DNA from: Candidatus Nealsonbacteria bacterium
Lineage (GTDB): Bacteria > Patescibacteriota > Minisyncoccia > Minisyncoccales > JANBVM01
Direction: 5' to 3'
Length of the DNA stretch: 64,000 nucleotides
Assembly: GCA_047456295.1 (NCBI GenBank)
Contig: CP179887.1
Span: 367,159-431,158 of the forward strand
This document shows positions 17,168 to 26,697 of the stretch, in pieces. How positions within the stretch are numbered: position 1 is the first letter of the stretch; each line of letters begins with the position of its first letter. Position numbers and translations under genes: made by a program. The notes beneath the pieces were generated by a model. The model was not told where the DNA came from, ran no database searches, and saw only the letters and a list, made by a program, of their open reading frames with translations.

Positions 17168-18430
17168 TCAAATTTGTTTTTTAATTCCTTTAAACTTCGT
17201 ATAAAAAATTGTATTATCTTCAACGTTTTCCATTACCAAAGAACCAGGTCCAATAATACAATTAGAACCAATTAATATTCCCGGCATAAAAGAACAGTTA
17301 ATCCCTGTCTTGGTATTCTCACCTATTATACAACCCAAACTATCTAAACCGCTTCCTATTTTCTTGCCTGAAACAACAGGTTTTATTTCTTTTCTGTCGA
17401 TTCTTATATTTGCCGTAATGGATCCTGCACCAATCCAGCATCCTTGTCCTAAGATTGAATCGCCAATAAAATTTGAATGAATATGGACATCTTCCTGAAA
17501 GATTGAACGGGTAACCTCGCTGTTTGCCCCTACCAAGACATTTGTTTCCAAGTCAGTATATTCCCTGACCAGAGAGTTGTTCCCAATGATACAATTGTCC
17601 CCAATATAGCAAGGTCCTTTAATTACTGCATTTTCATAAACCTTTGTATTCTTACCAATATACACCTTTCCTTTCACCATTGCCGCTCTTGAAATCTTAG
17701 CTGATTTTTCAATCTTGTTTTGTAAAAACCTGTCAAACAAGTATCTCTCCATGTCAAATAAGTGCCAGGGATATTTTAAAGAAGGGGTTTTTTCTTCCTT
17801 TTTTTTCAACATTACCACTCCAACATTATTCTCCTTCATGTATCCTGATAAGGCATCTTCAAAGTCATAAGCATGTTTTTTCACCTTTTTGTAATAATTA
17901 AAGAATCCTGGCTCTAAAACATATATTCCCACCACCTTTATATTTGAAGATTTCCTGTCTTTTTTTGGCTTTTCAATGATTTTTAAAACCTTATTACCCT
18001 TAACCTGCATTATCCCGAACAAATGAGGGTTTTTTGTTTTTTGACCAAATAAAATATTTTTGAACTTTTGAATTCTGACTTTTGAATTTTGGATTATCTC
18101 TCCTGCATCCACCCTGCCTGCATCTACAACTAAAAATCTATCTTTCAATAAATTTCTTGCCTGCCATAAAGCATTACCCATTCCTTTTGGTTTTTGCTGG
18201 ACAAGATATTTAATTTTTGTCTTCAGCTTGTATTTTTTCAATTCTTTCTCAATGTTTCTTTGTTGTCCTTGTATAATTATCATTTCTGAAACCCCTGCTT
18301 TTTTTAATCCCTGTAAGGTATAAAAAATCAGGGGTTTTCCCATAACCTTGATTAAGGACTTGTGTCTCTTGTTTAAAGGCCAAAAACGACTTGATTTGCC
18401 GGCAGATAATATGACAGCTTGTTTTATCAT
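17168..18430 (-). CDS. Sugar-1-phosphate nucleotidylyltransferase with C-terminal left-handed beta-helix (GlmU-like)
   Basis: N-terminal [15 protein letters not shown] nucleotidyltransferase signature and C-terminal hexapeptide repeats. ATGA overlap with the upstream gene stop. Confidence 0.75.
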   Translation of the reverse strand: MIKQAVILSAGKSSRFWPLNKRHKSLIKVMGKPLIFYTLQGLKKAGVSEMIIIQGQQRNIEKELKKYKLKTKIKYLVQQKPKGMGNALWQARNLLKDRFLVVDAGRVDAGEIIQNSKVRIQKFKNILFGQKTKNPHLFGIMQVKGNKVLKIIEKPKKDRKSSNIKVVGIYVLEPGFFNYYKKVKKHAYDFEDALSGYMKENNVGVVMLKKKEEKTPSLKYPWHLFDMERYLFDRFLQNKIEKSAKISRAAMVKGKVYIGKNTKVYENAVIKGPCYIGDNCIIGNNSLVREYTDLETNVLVGANSEVTRSIFQEDVHIHSNFIGDSILGQGCWIGAGSITANIRIDRKEIKPVVSGKKIGSGLDSLGCIIGENTKTGINCSFMPGILIGSNCIIGPGSLVMENVEDNTIFYTKFKGIKKQI

Positions 18431-19413
18431 GCTAAAGACAAGATTACCTTTGTTAATTTATTGGGGTCATGGATGATTTCCCCTGATGAAGTTAAAAGAT
18501 TTCTTCCAATAAATTTTTTATTCCTGGACAGGTCTTTGTCAGTCTTTACTAAAGCTACTTGTTCAGGATGCAGTTTTTTGTTTAAGGTTAATCTCTTGGA
18601 AAAGGGCTTTTCCGTATTGTAGATAACATAATCTACCTCTTTTCCTAAAAGCCCTTCTATTTCACTTACAAAATCTAAAACGCTAAAATTATTCGTCTCA
18701 CCATGTTTTGTCATCAAATTACAAACATATACTTTTTTGGCTTTACTTTTCTTAATAATTTGAGGAATACCATCTACCAGTAAGATTTGAGCTAAAGAAG
18801 AATATAGGTCTCCAGGGCCTATAATAATGAGGTCTGCTTTTTTTATTGCTTTCAAGGCCCTGGGATAGGCTTTTGCTTTTGGTCTCAGGAATACTTTTTT
18901 AATTCTTAATTTCCCGTTATGTTTTGGGATGTCAATATTTGTTTCCCCAGAAACAATCCTGCCATTTTCTAAAACTGCATAAAGATGAGAATTATCAAGT
19001 GTTACGGGCAAGACCTCATGAGAAATATTCAACATCTTACACATTTCATTGTAGACCTTGTCATAATCATTCTTTGTGGCAAGCTCCAAGGCAGTAATCA
19101 AAAGATTGGCAAAATTATGACCCTTTAATTTGCCTGTTTGAAACCTGTAATTAAAAAGGTTCTCCACCACAGGAGAAGTGTTGGCTAAAGCTATAAATGC
19201 CCTCCTGATGTCTCCAGGAGAAATAATCTTATAATCCTTCCTCAACCTTCCGGCTGAACCCCCGGAATCCAACATAGCGCAAATAACAGAAATCTTTACA
19301 GGATGCTTTTTTAAAACTGTCAAAATAGCTTTGGGCATGGCATTTCCTCCACCAAGACAAACAATCCTGGGTAAATTTTTAGCTTTGCTTTTTGCCTTAA
19401 CCTTTTTTTTCAT
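18427..19413 (-). CDS. YvcK/CofD-family protein (UPF0052, gluconeogenesis factor-like)
   Basis: [10 protein letters not shown]...[13 protein letters not shown]...[13 protein letters not shown] pattern. Confidence 0.75.
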   Translation of the reverse strand: MKKKVKAKSKAKNLPRIVCLGGGNAMPKAILTVLKKHPVKISVICAMLDSGGSAGRLRKDYKIISPGDIRRAFIALANTSPVVENLFNYRFQTGKLKGHNFANLLITALELATKNDYDKVYNEMCKMLNISHEVLPVTLDNSHLYAVLENGRIVSGETNIDIPKHNGKLRIKKVFLRPKAKAYPRALKAIKKADLIIIGPGDLYSSLAQILLVDGIPQIIKKSKAKKVYVCNLMTKHGETNNFSVLDFVSEIEGLLGKEVDYVIYNTEKPFSKRLTLNKKLHPEQVALVKTDKDLSRNKKFIGRNLLTSSGEIIHDPNKLTKVILSLA

Positions 19414-19458
19414 GATATTTATAGTAATACCTTATTTTGTACAATAACTATTTTAAAA

Positions 19459-20082
19459 TCAAATATTCAATATCTTTAAAATCTTACTTTTCTTAATCTG
19501 TCCTTTTCTTAATATTTTAAGATTTGTTAAATCAATGACGGTTGAAGGTAAAGAAGGTTTTAAATTTCCGGCATCTAAAAACAAATCTGGTTGATATTTT
19601 TGTTCCTCAAACTCTTTTAAAACCTCTTTGGCTTTTGTTAGTGCTTTTTTTCCTGAAATATTGGCTGAGGTCTCTACCAAGGGACGGTTTATTTTTTTCA
19701 GTAAATCCTTTAAAAATTTATAATCTGGCATTCTCAAACCAATCTTTTTATCTTTGCTTAAAATACCTTTTGGAAGATTCAAAGGTTTTGCTTTTAAAAC
19801 TGCTGTTAGCTTTCCGGGCCAGCAATTCTTTAAAATTTTTTCTTGTTTTTTATTAATATTGGCCAGATGCCTTGCCATTTTCAAATCTCTCACGAAAACA
19901 GGAAGAGGTTTTTTAATAGATCTTTTTTTAAGTTTAAAAATCTTTCTCACAGCAGTTTTATTCTCAGCATCTGCTATTAAACCATAAATCGTATCGGTAG
20001 GACAAACCACAACCCCTCCTTTAGTTATTACTTGTAAGGTTTTCCTTAATATTTGTTTAGATGAAAGTTTTAAGATTTTCAT
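19459..20082 (-). CDS. tsaC: L-threonylcarbamoyladenylate synthase (YrdC/Sua5 family)
   Basis: VVCPTDTIYGLIADA and SANISG motifs; size fits the single-domain YrdC type. Confidence 0.85.
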   Translation of the reverse strand: MKILKLSSKQILRKTLQVITKGGVVVCPTDTIYGLIADAENKTAVRKIFKLKKRSIKKPLPVFVRDLKMARHLANINKKQEKILKNCWPGKLTAVLKAKPLNLPKGILSKDKKIGLRMPDYKFLKDLLKKINRPLVETSANISGKKALTKAKEVLKEFEEQKYQPDLFLDAGNLKPSLPSTVIDLTNLKILRKGQIKKSKILKILNI

Positions 20083-20250
20083 TTTATCACCAGGGTTAAC
20101 ACTCTCATTTTTATACCATAATTCCGAATTGAATCAATAGTAAATTATATTAAAATTTGACAAAAATTAAAAAGGCTGTTAGGATTTAAACACAAAATTT
20201 AATAAAATTTCTTTAAAAATTTAATAAATTAATGAAAAAGGTGAAAGGGT

Positions 20251-20895
20251 TTGGTAAAATATGATTTGGTAATAGTTTTGTTGTCGCAAGTCAAGAAAAA
20301 AAGAAATATTTATTACCCAGCTCCCCATACTGAATTAAAAGCTAAAGCAGCCTCGATTGCATATCAAAGAGGATTCACTCAAAGGTTTATATTATTAGGA
20401 GGATACAATTTCTGGGTAAGATATAACGAAGAAGAAATTCTTAAAAATGCTGATTTTTCTTTTGAGACTTTTATTAGGGGAAGAGATGAAAAATCAGAAG
20501 CCGAAGTAGTCAGAGATTTTATGGAAGAACGAGGAGTTCCCCGAATTTCAATGTTCTTAGAAGAGACATCAGCAACGACTCAAGAGAATGCACAAATTCT
20601 AAAAATATTATTGAAGAGAACAACATTTGATTTTGTAAAAAAGATAGCTATATTAACACTTGCTTATCATATGTATCCCCGGGCATTCCCTTCTATTGAG
20701 CAAGTCTTCAAAGAAGCTAAATTAATTATTGAACCACTGTATGCAGAAGACCTGTTAGCTCTTGAAGGGGGTGGAATCGATAAAGTCTGTAACTATTATT
20801 CAGTACCCAAAGGTGGCAAGCAATGGCCCGTGAAAAGAATTAAAGAATTGTTGTCTAATGGCAAGAGTATCGATGAATTAATAAATATTAAATAA
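20251..20895 (+). CDS. DUF218/YdcF-family protein
   Basis: SEAEVVRDFMEERGVP...EETSATTQENA pattern typical of DUF218. TTG start with GGTGA upstream; start uncertain. Confidence 0.65.
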   Translation: MVKYDLVIVLLSQVKKKRNIYYPAPHTELKAKAASIAYQRGFTQRFILLGGYNFWVRYNEEEILKNADFSFETFIRGRDEKSEAEVVRDFMEERGVPRISMFLEETSATTQENAQILKILLKRTTFDFVKKIAILTLAYHMYPRAFPSIEQVFKEAKLIIEPLYAEDLLALEGGGIDKVCNYYSVPKGGKQWPVKRIKELLSNGKSIDELINIK

Positions 20896-20949
20896 ACGCT
20901 TCATTTTTTATTTTTTTTATATTTTATAAAATCGAAGCGTATTTTTTTT
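20896..20949 (+). terminator. Long AT-rich hairpin plus T run after the DUF218 gene
   Basis: ACGCTTC ... GAAGCGT arms enclosing an AT-rich, partly self-complementary loop, followed by ATTTTTTTT. Confidence 0.5.
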
Positions 20950-20987
20950 ATTTAAAATTAAATTCAATATAACTCTATTTATAAAAC

Positions 20988-21015
20988 TTGCCAAACTTAA
21001 GATTTAATTTATAAT
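20988..21015 (+). promoter_or_regulatory. Sigma70-like promoter of murA (TTGCCA-16 nt-TATAAT), -10 ends 8 nt before the ATG
   Basis: TTGCCAaacttaagatttaattTATAATaagaaaatATG read directly; no SD. Confidence 0.5.
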
Positions 21016-21023
21016 AAGAAAAT

Positions 21024-22283
21024 ATGACCGATAAATTTTTAATCAAAGGAGGAAAACCCTTAAAGGGTGAGGTTGAGATTTCTGGATATAAAAATTCAGC
21101 AGGAGCTGTCCTGGCAGCATCATTGCTTTCTGAAAAAACCTCGATTATTGGCAATCTACCGATCTGTCTGGATGTCTTAAACATGATTGAAATCCTAAAG
21201 GAAATTGGGGTGGGAATCAAATGGCTGGGTCCAAAAAAAATTAAGATAAATCCAGCAAATCTTGATCCAAGGAAAATTCCAGTCAATCTCTTTGAAAAAA
21301 TGAGGGTATCAGTATTGCTGGTAGGACCTCTTTTAGCCAGGTTTAGAAAATTCAAAATACCTCATCCTGGAGGAGACAAGATTGGATTGAGGCCAATCTC
21401 TGCCCATTTAGAGGCCTTAAAGAGTTTTGGAGTAAAGATTAAAGAGAAAAATGGTTTTTATTTTTTTGAAGCTCCCCTGAAGAAACAAGGGAAAAGAATT
21501 GTCTTAAAGGAATTCTCAGTGACTGCCACTGAAAATATAATGATGATAGCTGCCAAATCTAAAGGAAAGACCAAGATTGAGATTGCTGCCTGCGAACCCC
21601 AGATTCAAGATTTAGGGAGGTTTTTAAAAAAAATGGGTTTGAACATTAAGGGAGTGGGAACCCATACTATTGAGATTGAAGGGAAAAACAAATTATCTGG
21701 AGCAGAATTTTCAATTTCTCCTGACCCAACGGAGGCTGGAACCTTTCTCTTAGCCTTTGCATTAACAGGTGGAGAAGGAAAGATAAAGAAAGTAAATCCA
21801 GAACATTTATCTTTCTTTTTGGAAAAAATGAAGGAAATTGGAGTAAATTTTAAAGTTAAGAAAAATGAGATCTTAGTTAAGAAATCAAAAAGATTATTAC
21901 CAGCCAAACTTCAAATCCTTCCCTATCCTGGCTTTCCCACTGATTTACAACCTCAAACCTCGGTATTGCTAACCCAGGCTAAAGGAAAATCTTTAATCCA
22001 TGACCCCCTGTATGAAGGCAGATTTAACCATCTCAATGAATTAAGGAAAATGGGGGCAGATATTGAGATTACAGACCCCCACAGAGCTTTAATATTTGGA
22101 AAAACAAAACTAACTGGAAATAAAATAAAGGCCCCGGACATCAGGGCGGGAGCAGCATTGATATTGGCAGGATTAACTGCAAAAGGCACAAGTCAAATTG
22201 AAAATGTCTATCAAATTGACAGGGGATATGAAAAGTTTGATGAAAAATTAAGAAAGTTGGGAGCCAGAATTAAAAGGATTTAA
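21024..22283 (+). CDS. murA: UDP-N-acetylglucosamine 1-carboxyvinyltransferase
   Basis: Full-length match to the MurA pattern (KGEVEISGYKNSA, HPGGDKIGLRPI, PYPGFPTDLQ, IDRGYE). Confidence 0.93.
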   Translation: MTDKFLIKGGKPLKGEVEISGYKNSAGAVLAASLLSEKTSIIGNLPICLDVLNMIEILKEIGVGIKWLGPKKIKINPANLDPRKIPVNLFEKMRVSVLLVGPLLARFRKFKIPHPGGDKIGLRPISAHLEALKSFGVKIKEKNGFYFFEAPLKKQGKRIVLKEFSVTATENIMMIAAKSKGKTKIEIAACEPQIQDLGRFLKKMGLNIKGVGTHTIEIEGKNKLSGAEFSISPDPTEAGTFLLAFALTGGEGKIKKVNPEHLSFFLEKMKEIGVNFKVKKNEILVKKSKRLLPAKLQILPYPGFPTDLQPQTSVLLTQAKGKSLIHDPLYEGRFNHLNELRKMGADIEITDPHRALIFGKTKLTGNKIKAPDIRAGAALILAGLTAKGTSQIENVYQIDRGYEKFDEKLRKLGARIKRI

Positions 22284-22286
22284 TTT

Positions 22287-23153
22287 CTATTTAAAGGCTT
22301 TAATAGTTTTCTTAAAATTAATCTTTCTTTTTACCCTATACCAGGGTTTCTTTAATTGGGGCCACTGATCTTCAAAGGTGGGCCTTTTTATTTTATAGAA
22401 AATACCAATTGGGATCTTAGCTTTTTTTTCAAAAGAATAATCCCACTCCATACTTTTTGAAAAAGCCTGTTTGAAATTTGAAACCTTGTGATTTCTAAGC
22501 TTGTAAATATGTTTTTTAAGATAAGGGCTAAAATTATTAAACACCAGACAGGGCTGTAAAATATCAATAAAAGAAAAACCTTTATGTTTTATTGCTTCTT
22601 TAATAATTCCTTTTAAATGATTTATATCCAAAGCAGAACCCCTGGCTACAAAAGTAGCTCCATTAACAATAGCTGAAGCAATTGGATTTAAGGGTTTTTC
22701 TTTCACTCCCAAGGGAGTAGAACGTCCCACAAATCCCTTTTCAGAAGTAGGAGTAGCCTGACCTGTTGTTAAGGCAAACGCCTTATTATTATGAACGAGC
22801 ATTGTCATGTCAGCATTATAACGGCAGCTATGGATAAAATGAGAAACACCTTCAGCATAAGTGTCGCCATCTCCACCAAATCCAATTACTGTTAATTCTG
22901 GATTTGCAACCTTCATTCCAAAACAAAGCGGCAAAACCCTGCCGTGAAGCCCATAAAAACCATTTACGTTTAAATAATCAAATATTTTTGCATGACAACC
23001 AATACCACTGGCAATAGCAATATCTTTGGCCTTAATTCTCTTTTCCTTAACCAAATCACTCAAAGCATTCTTTACAGCCTGTAAAATCCCGAAATTCGGA
23101 CAGCCAGGACACCAGGTAATCTCTTCTTTTGTATTAAAGTCTTTAATGCTCAT
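22287..23153 (-). CDS. 2-oxoacid:ferredoxin oxidoreductase, beta (TPP-binding) subunit
   Basis: WCPGCPNFGIL N-terminus and GGDGDTYAEG TPP motif. Confidence 0.88.
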   Translation of the reverse strand: MSIKDFNTKEEITWCPGCPNFGILQAVKNALSDLVKEKRIKAKDIAIASGIGCHAKIFDYLNVNGFYGLHGRVLPLCFGMKVANPELTVIGFGGDGDTYAEGVSHFIHSCRYNADMTMLVHNNKAFALTTGQATPTSEKGFVGRSTPLGVKEKPLNPIASAIVNGATFVARGSALDINHLKGIIKEAIKHKGFSFIDILQPCLVFNNFSPYLKKHIYKLRNHKVSNFKQAFSKSMEWDYSFEKKAKIPIGIFYKIKRPTFEDQWPQLKKPWYRVKRKINFKKTIKAFK

Positions 23154-23156
23154 GGT

Positions 23157-24800
23157 TTATTTTTTTCTCTTTATTTTGCTGATTATATTATCAGGGATAA
23201 ATGGTCTGGCATCGTATTTCAAAACCTTGTCTTTAATAATGTAACCTATTTGTTCGGCAATTATGTCGCCTAACAAACCTGTAGCATTATTCTCAACTAA
23301 AATCACTCTTTTAGATTTTTTAATTTCGTTTTCTATAACTTTTTTGGGAAAGGGACTGATGTAGGAAACTTGTAAAAATCTAAAACTTTTAAGTTCTGGT
23401 AATGAATCTAATATAGCTCCTTTGGTTGAACCCCAACCAATTATTAAATTCTTACCTTTACCATAAATAGAAACAGGATTTAGTTTACTTATTTCTTTTT
23501 CTAAATATCTTACTTTTTTAAATCTTTTATCGTTCATTTTAATTGTCCATTTTGCATCTTCAATTGTATTTCCGTATTCGTTGTGTTCATAACTGGTAGC
23601 TCGAACCACAGGCTCTTGACCGGGTATAGCTCGTGGAGAAACTCCATTTTTTGTTATTTTATAGCTTTTGTAATTTTTAGGAGGATTCTTTAAAATAAAT
23701 TTTTGATTGGTTAAAGGAGATGCTTTTAATTCATTAAAACTGTAATCTGATTCAGCTCCATGTTTATCACTTATAATTATTGACAGGGTCCTGTATTTGG
23801 AAGAGAGATAAAAAGCTTCCTGGGTTCTTATAATCGCTTCCTGGGAATCGCCAGGAGCCACAACAATTCTTGGAAACTCTCCGTGTCCGGCATTAACTGC
23901 AAATTTTAAATCACTTTGAGCTGTATAAGTTGGAACACCCGTAGCAGGCCCTGTTCTTTGAGCTAAATAAACCACCAAAGGCAGCTCTGAGATACCTGCT
24001 AAACTCATAGCTTCTGTCATTAAGGCAAAACCTCCTCCAGAAGTTCCCACCATTGTTTTGGCTCCGGCAAAAGAAGCTCCTAAAGCTGAGTTTATTACCG
24101 AAATTTCATTTTCCAATTGTAAAACTAAAATATTATCTTTTAATTGTTTTCCTGCTAAAAAGTGCAGTACAGGAGTAGCTGGCGTCATGGGATAAGCAAT
24201 ATAAATATCAATTCCTGAATTTAAAGCCCCTATTCCTATTCCCTGACTCCCGGAAATAAAATATTTCTTCTTACCTCTTTTTTTCAATGTTTCTTTTTTT
24301 TCTCCCAAATCATATCCTATCCGGATGGCTTTTTTTATTAATCCTGTTTTTTTTCCTTTAAAAACTTTTCCTGCTTCTTTTAATAAAAATTCTTTATCAA
24401 CTCCAAAATATTTAAAAAGCCACCCTATTAAAATATCATTTTCTATAATTTTTGGGGCTTTTAATTTACTTAAAATAGGCTGAATATCAATTTTTTGCAA
24501 CCTCTTTGTTTTTAAGGTTTTATCTCCTAAAATAAAACCTTCTCTTTTTAAATTTTTTTGATGTAAATTTATTGTTTTTTGGTCAAAAGCTAAAATTATA
24601 TCGTATTTATCTTTATGAGAATAAACAGGTTTATCAGAAATTCTCAAGACATTAAAATTATGACCTCCCCTTATTAAAGAAGGGTAATCGCGGTAATTAA
24701 AAACATAATAACCCAGAGCACAAAATACCTTTCCTATAAAATATGAAGTCACGGCTGTGCCCTGACCTGCTCTTCCTCCAATTAAAATTGTTTTTTCCAT
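23157..24800 (-). CDS. 2-oxoacid:ferredoxin oxidoreductase, alpha (gamma-alpha fused) subunit
   Basis: N-terminal gamma-like GGRAGQG region followed by an alpha-subunit core (YPMTPATP, GTSGGGFALM); adjacent to the beta subunit. Confidence 0.85.
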   Translation of the reverse strand: MEKTILIGGRAGQGTAVTSYFIGKVFCALGYYVFNYRDYPSLIRGGHNFNVLRISDKPVYSHKDKYDIILAFDQKTINLHQKNLKREGFILGDKTLKTKRLQKIDIQPILSKLKAPKIIENDILIGWLFKYFGVDKEFLLKEAGKVFKGKKTGLIKKAIRIGYDLGEKKETLKKRGKKKYFISGSQGIGIGALNSGIDIYIAYPMTPATPVLHFLAGKQLKDNILVLQLENEISVINSALGASFAGAKTMVGTSGGGFALMTEAMSLAGISELPLVVYLAQRTGPATGVPTYTAQSDLKFAVNAGHGEFPRIVVAPGDSQEAIIRTQEAFYLSSKYRTLSIIISDKHGAESDYSFNELKASPLTNQKFILKNPPKNYKSYKITKNGVSPRAIPGQEPVVRATSYEHNEYGNTIEDAKWTIKMNDKRFKKVRYLEKEISKLNPVSIYGKGKNLIIGWGSTKGAILDSLPELKSFRFLQVSYISPFPKKVIENEIKKSKRVILVENNATGLLGDIIAEQIGYIIKDKVLKYDARPFIPDNIISKIKRKK

Positions 24801-24881
24801 ATATCTTTGATTATAATGCTTTTATTTTATCAATAAAAGCATTTAGATATTGTAAGCTGCTATGACTCATGACTTTCAATA

Positions 24882-26693
24882 TTATTCTACGGTAACGCTC
24901 TTTGCCAAATTTCTCGGTTTATCAACATCATGCTCAAGTAAAACTGCCATATAATAAGCAAAAAGATGAAGAGGGATAACTGACAAAATTGGCGTTAGCA
25001 TCTCCAGGGTTTTTGGAATATAAATTACATCATCAACCAGTTCCTTTATTTGTTCGTTTCCCTCTGTGGCAACTGCAATCACACAACCTCCCCTGGCTTT
25101 TATCTCTTCTACATTTGAAATCATTTTATTGTAAACCGAGTCTGAAGGACAAAGAGCTATTACAGGAAAGTTCTCGTCAATCAAAGCTAAAGGACCGTGT
25201 TTTAATTCACCGCCCGGCCCTCCTTCAGCATGTAAATAAGAAATCTCTTTTAATTTTAAGGCTCCTTCTAAGGCTATAGGGAAATTATATTTCCTTCCCA
25301 TAAACCAGAAGTTTTTAAACTCCTTGTATTTTTCTGCCAATTTTTTAATTTCAGGAGCTTTACTTAAAATCCTTCTAGATAAGTCAGGGATTCTTGAAAG
25401 TTCTGAAACAATCCTTCTTCCCATTACCAGGGACATATCTCTCTGTCTTCCCAGGTATACGGTAAGCATGGCTAAAGTGGATAATTGTCCTAAGAATGCC
25501 TTGGTGGAAGCCACAGCAATCTCAGGTCCTGATCTTGTGTAAATACCTGCATCTGTTTCTCTTGTCTGGCTTGAACCAATAACATTTGTGATTCCTATGG
25601 TTAAAATTCCCTTTTTCTTCATCTCTCTCAAACCAGCCAAGGTGTCAGCTGTTTCTCCAGATTGGGAAACAAAAACAGAGGCAGTATTTTTATCCAATAT
25701 ATGTTTTCTATACCTGAATTCTGAACCTATATCTACATCTGTGGGAATGCCAACGTATTCCTCCAGCATATATTTTCCTACCTTGGCAGCATAACCTGCA
25801 GTACCGCAGGCAACCAGAATTAATCTATTAATCTTTTTTAGTCTTTCAGAAACACTGTCTAAACCTCCCAATTTTACTGTTCCTTCTTTTATTATTAACC
25901 TCCCCCGAATTGCATTTTCAATGGCATCGGGTTCCTCCATTATTTCTTTCAACATAAAATGGGGGTAATCCTTTTTCTCCACTTCTTTTGGACTCCACTC
26001 AATGGAAACCATTGGTTTTTCTTTTAGAATAAAGAAATCATCAGGCTTTAAAACAGCAATCTCATTATCATCCAGATTAATCACCTGTCTGGTATAAGTA
26101 ATAATGGCAGCTGGATCTGAAGCTACCAAAAACTCATCCTTCCCTATTCCCAGAATAATGGGAGAAGAAAGACGGGCAGCCACAATCTTCTGGGGTTCTT
26201 TCTTGGAAATCACTACAATCCCATAGGTTCCTCTTACCTCTTTTAAGGCCCTTCTTACTGCTTGTTCTAAATTATTATTAAAATATTTTTCAATGAGATG
26301 AGCCAAAACCTCTGTGTCTGTTTCAGAGGTAAATCTATGACCTTCTGTTATTAGTTTTTGTTTGAGTTCTTTGTAGTTTTCAATAATTCCATTGTGCACC
26401 AAAAAAATATCTTTTTGGCAGTCAAAATGGGGATGGGCATTCTCCCTTGTCACAGCTCCTGTGGTTGCCCATCTTGTTTGGGCCTGGCCGATATTTCCCT
26501 TAATATCTAAATTTAAGAGCTCGTGTTCTGCTTCTGAAATCTTCCCTGTTCTTTTATATAAAAAGGGTTCATCCTTGTTGTTCAGAACGCAAAAACCGTA
26601 GCTGTCGTAGCCACGATACTCCATTCGTTTTAATCCAGATTTAAGAACAGGAAAGGCAGGTTTCCTGCCTATATAACCTATAATGCCGCACAT
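24882..26693 (-). CDS. glmS: Glutamine--fructose-6-phosphate aminotransferase
   Basis: MCGIIGY Ntn amidotransferase start, two SIS domains, C-terminal ...NLAKSVTVE. Confidence 0.95.
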   Translation of the reverse strand: MCGIIGYIGRKPAFPVLKSGLKRMEYRGYDSYGFCVLNNKDEPFLYKRTGKISEAEHELLNLDIKGNIGQAQTRWATTGAVTRENAHPHFDCQKDIFLVHNGIIENYKELKQKLITEGHRFTSETDTEVLAHLIEKYFNNNLEQAVRRALKEVRGTYGIVVISKKEPQKIVAARLSSPIILGIGKDEFLVASDPAAIITYTRQVINLDDNEIAVLKPDDFFILKEKPMVSIEWSPKEVEKKDYPHFMLKEIMEEPDAIENAIRGRLIIKEGTVKLGGLDSVSERLKKINRLILVACGTAGYAAKVGKYMLEEYVGIPTDVDIGSEFRYRKHILDKNTASVFVSQSGETADTLAGLREMKKKGILTIGITNVIGSSQTRETDAGIYTRSGPEIAVASTKAFLGQLSTLAMLTVYLGRQRDMSLVMGRRIVSELSRIPDLSRRILSKAPEIKKLAEKYKEFKNFWFMGRKYNFPIALEGALKLKEISYLHAEGGPGGELKHGPLALIDENFPVIALCPSDSVYNKMISNVEEIKARGGCVIAVATEGNEQIKELVDDVIYIPKTLEMLTPILSVIPLHLFAYYMAVLLEHDVDKPRNLAKSVTVE

Positions 26694-26697
26694 AAAA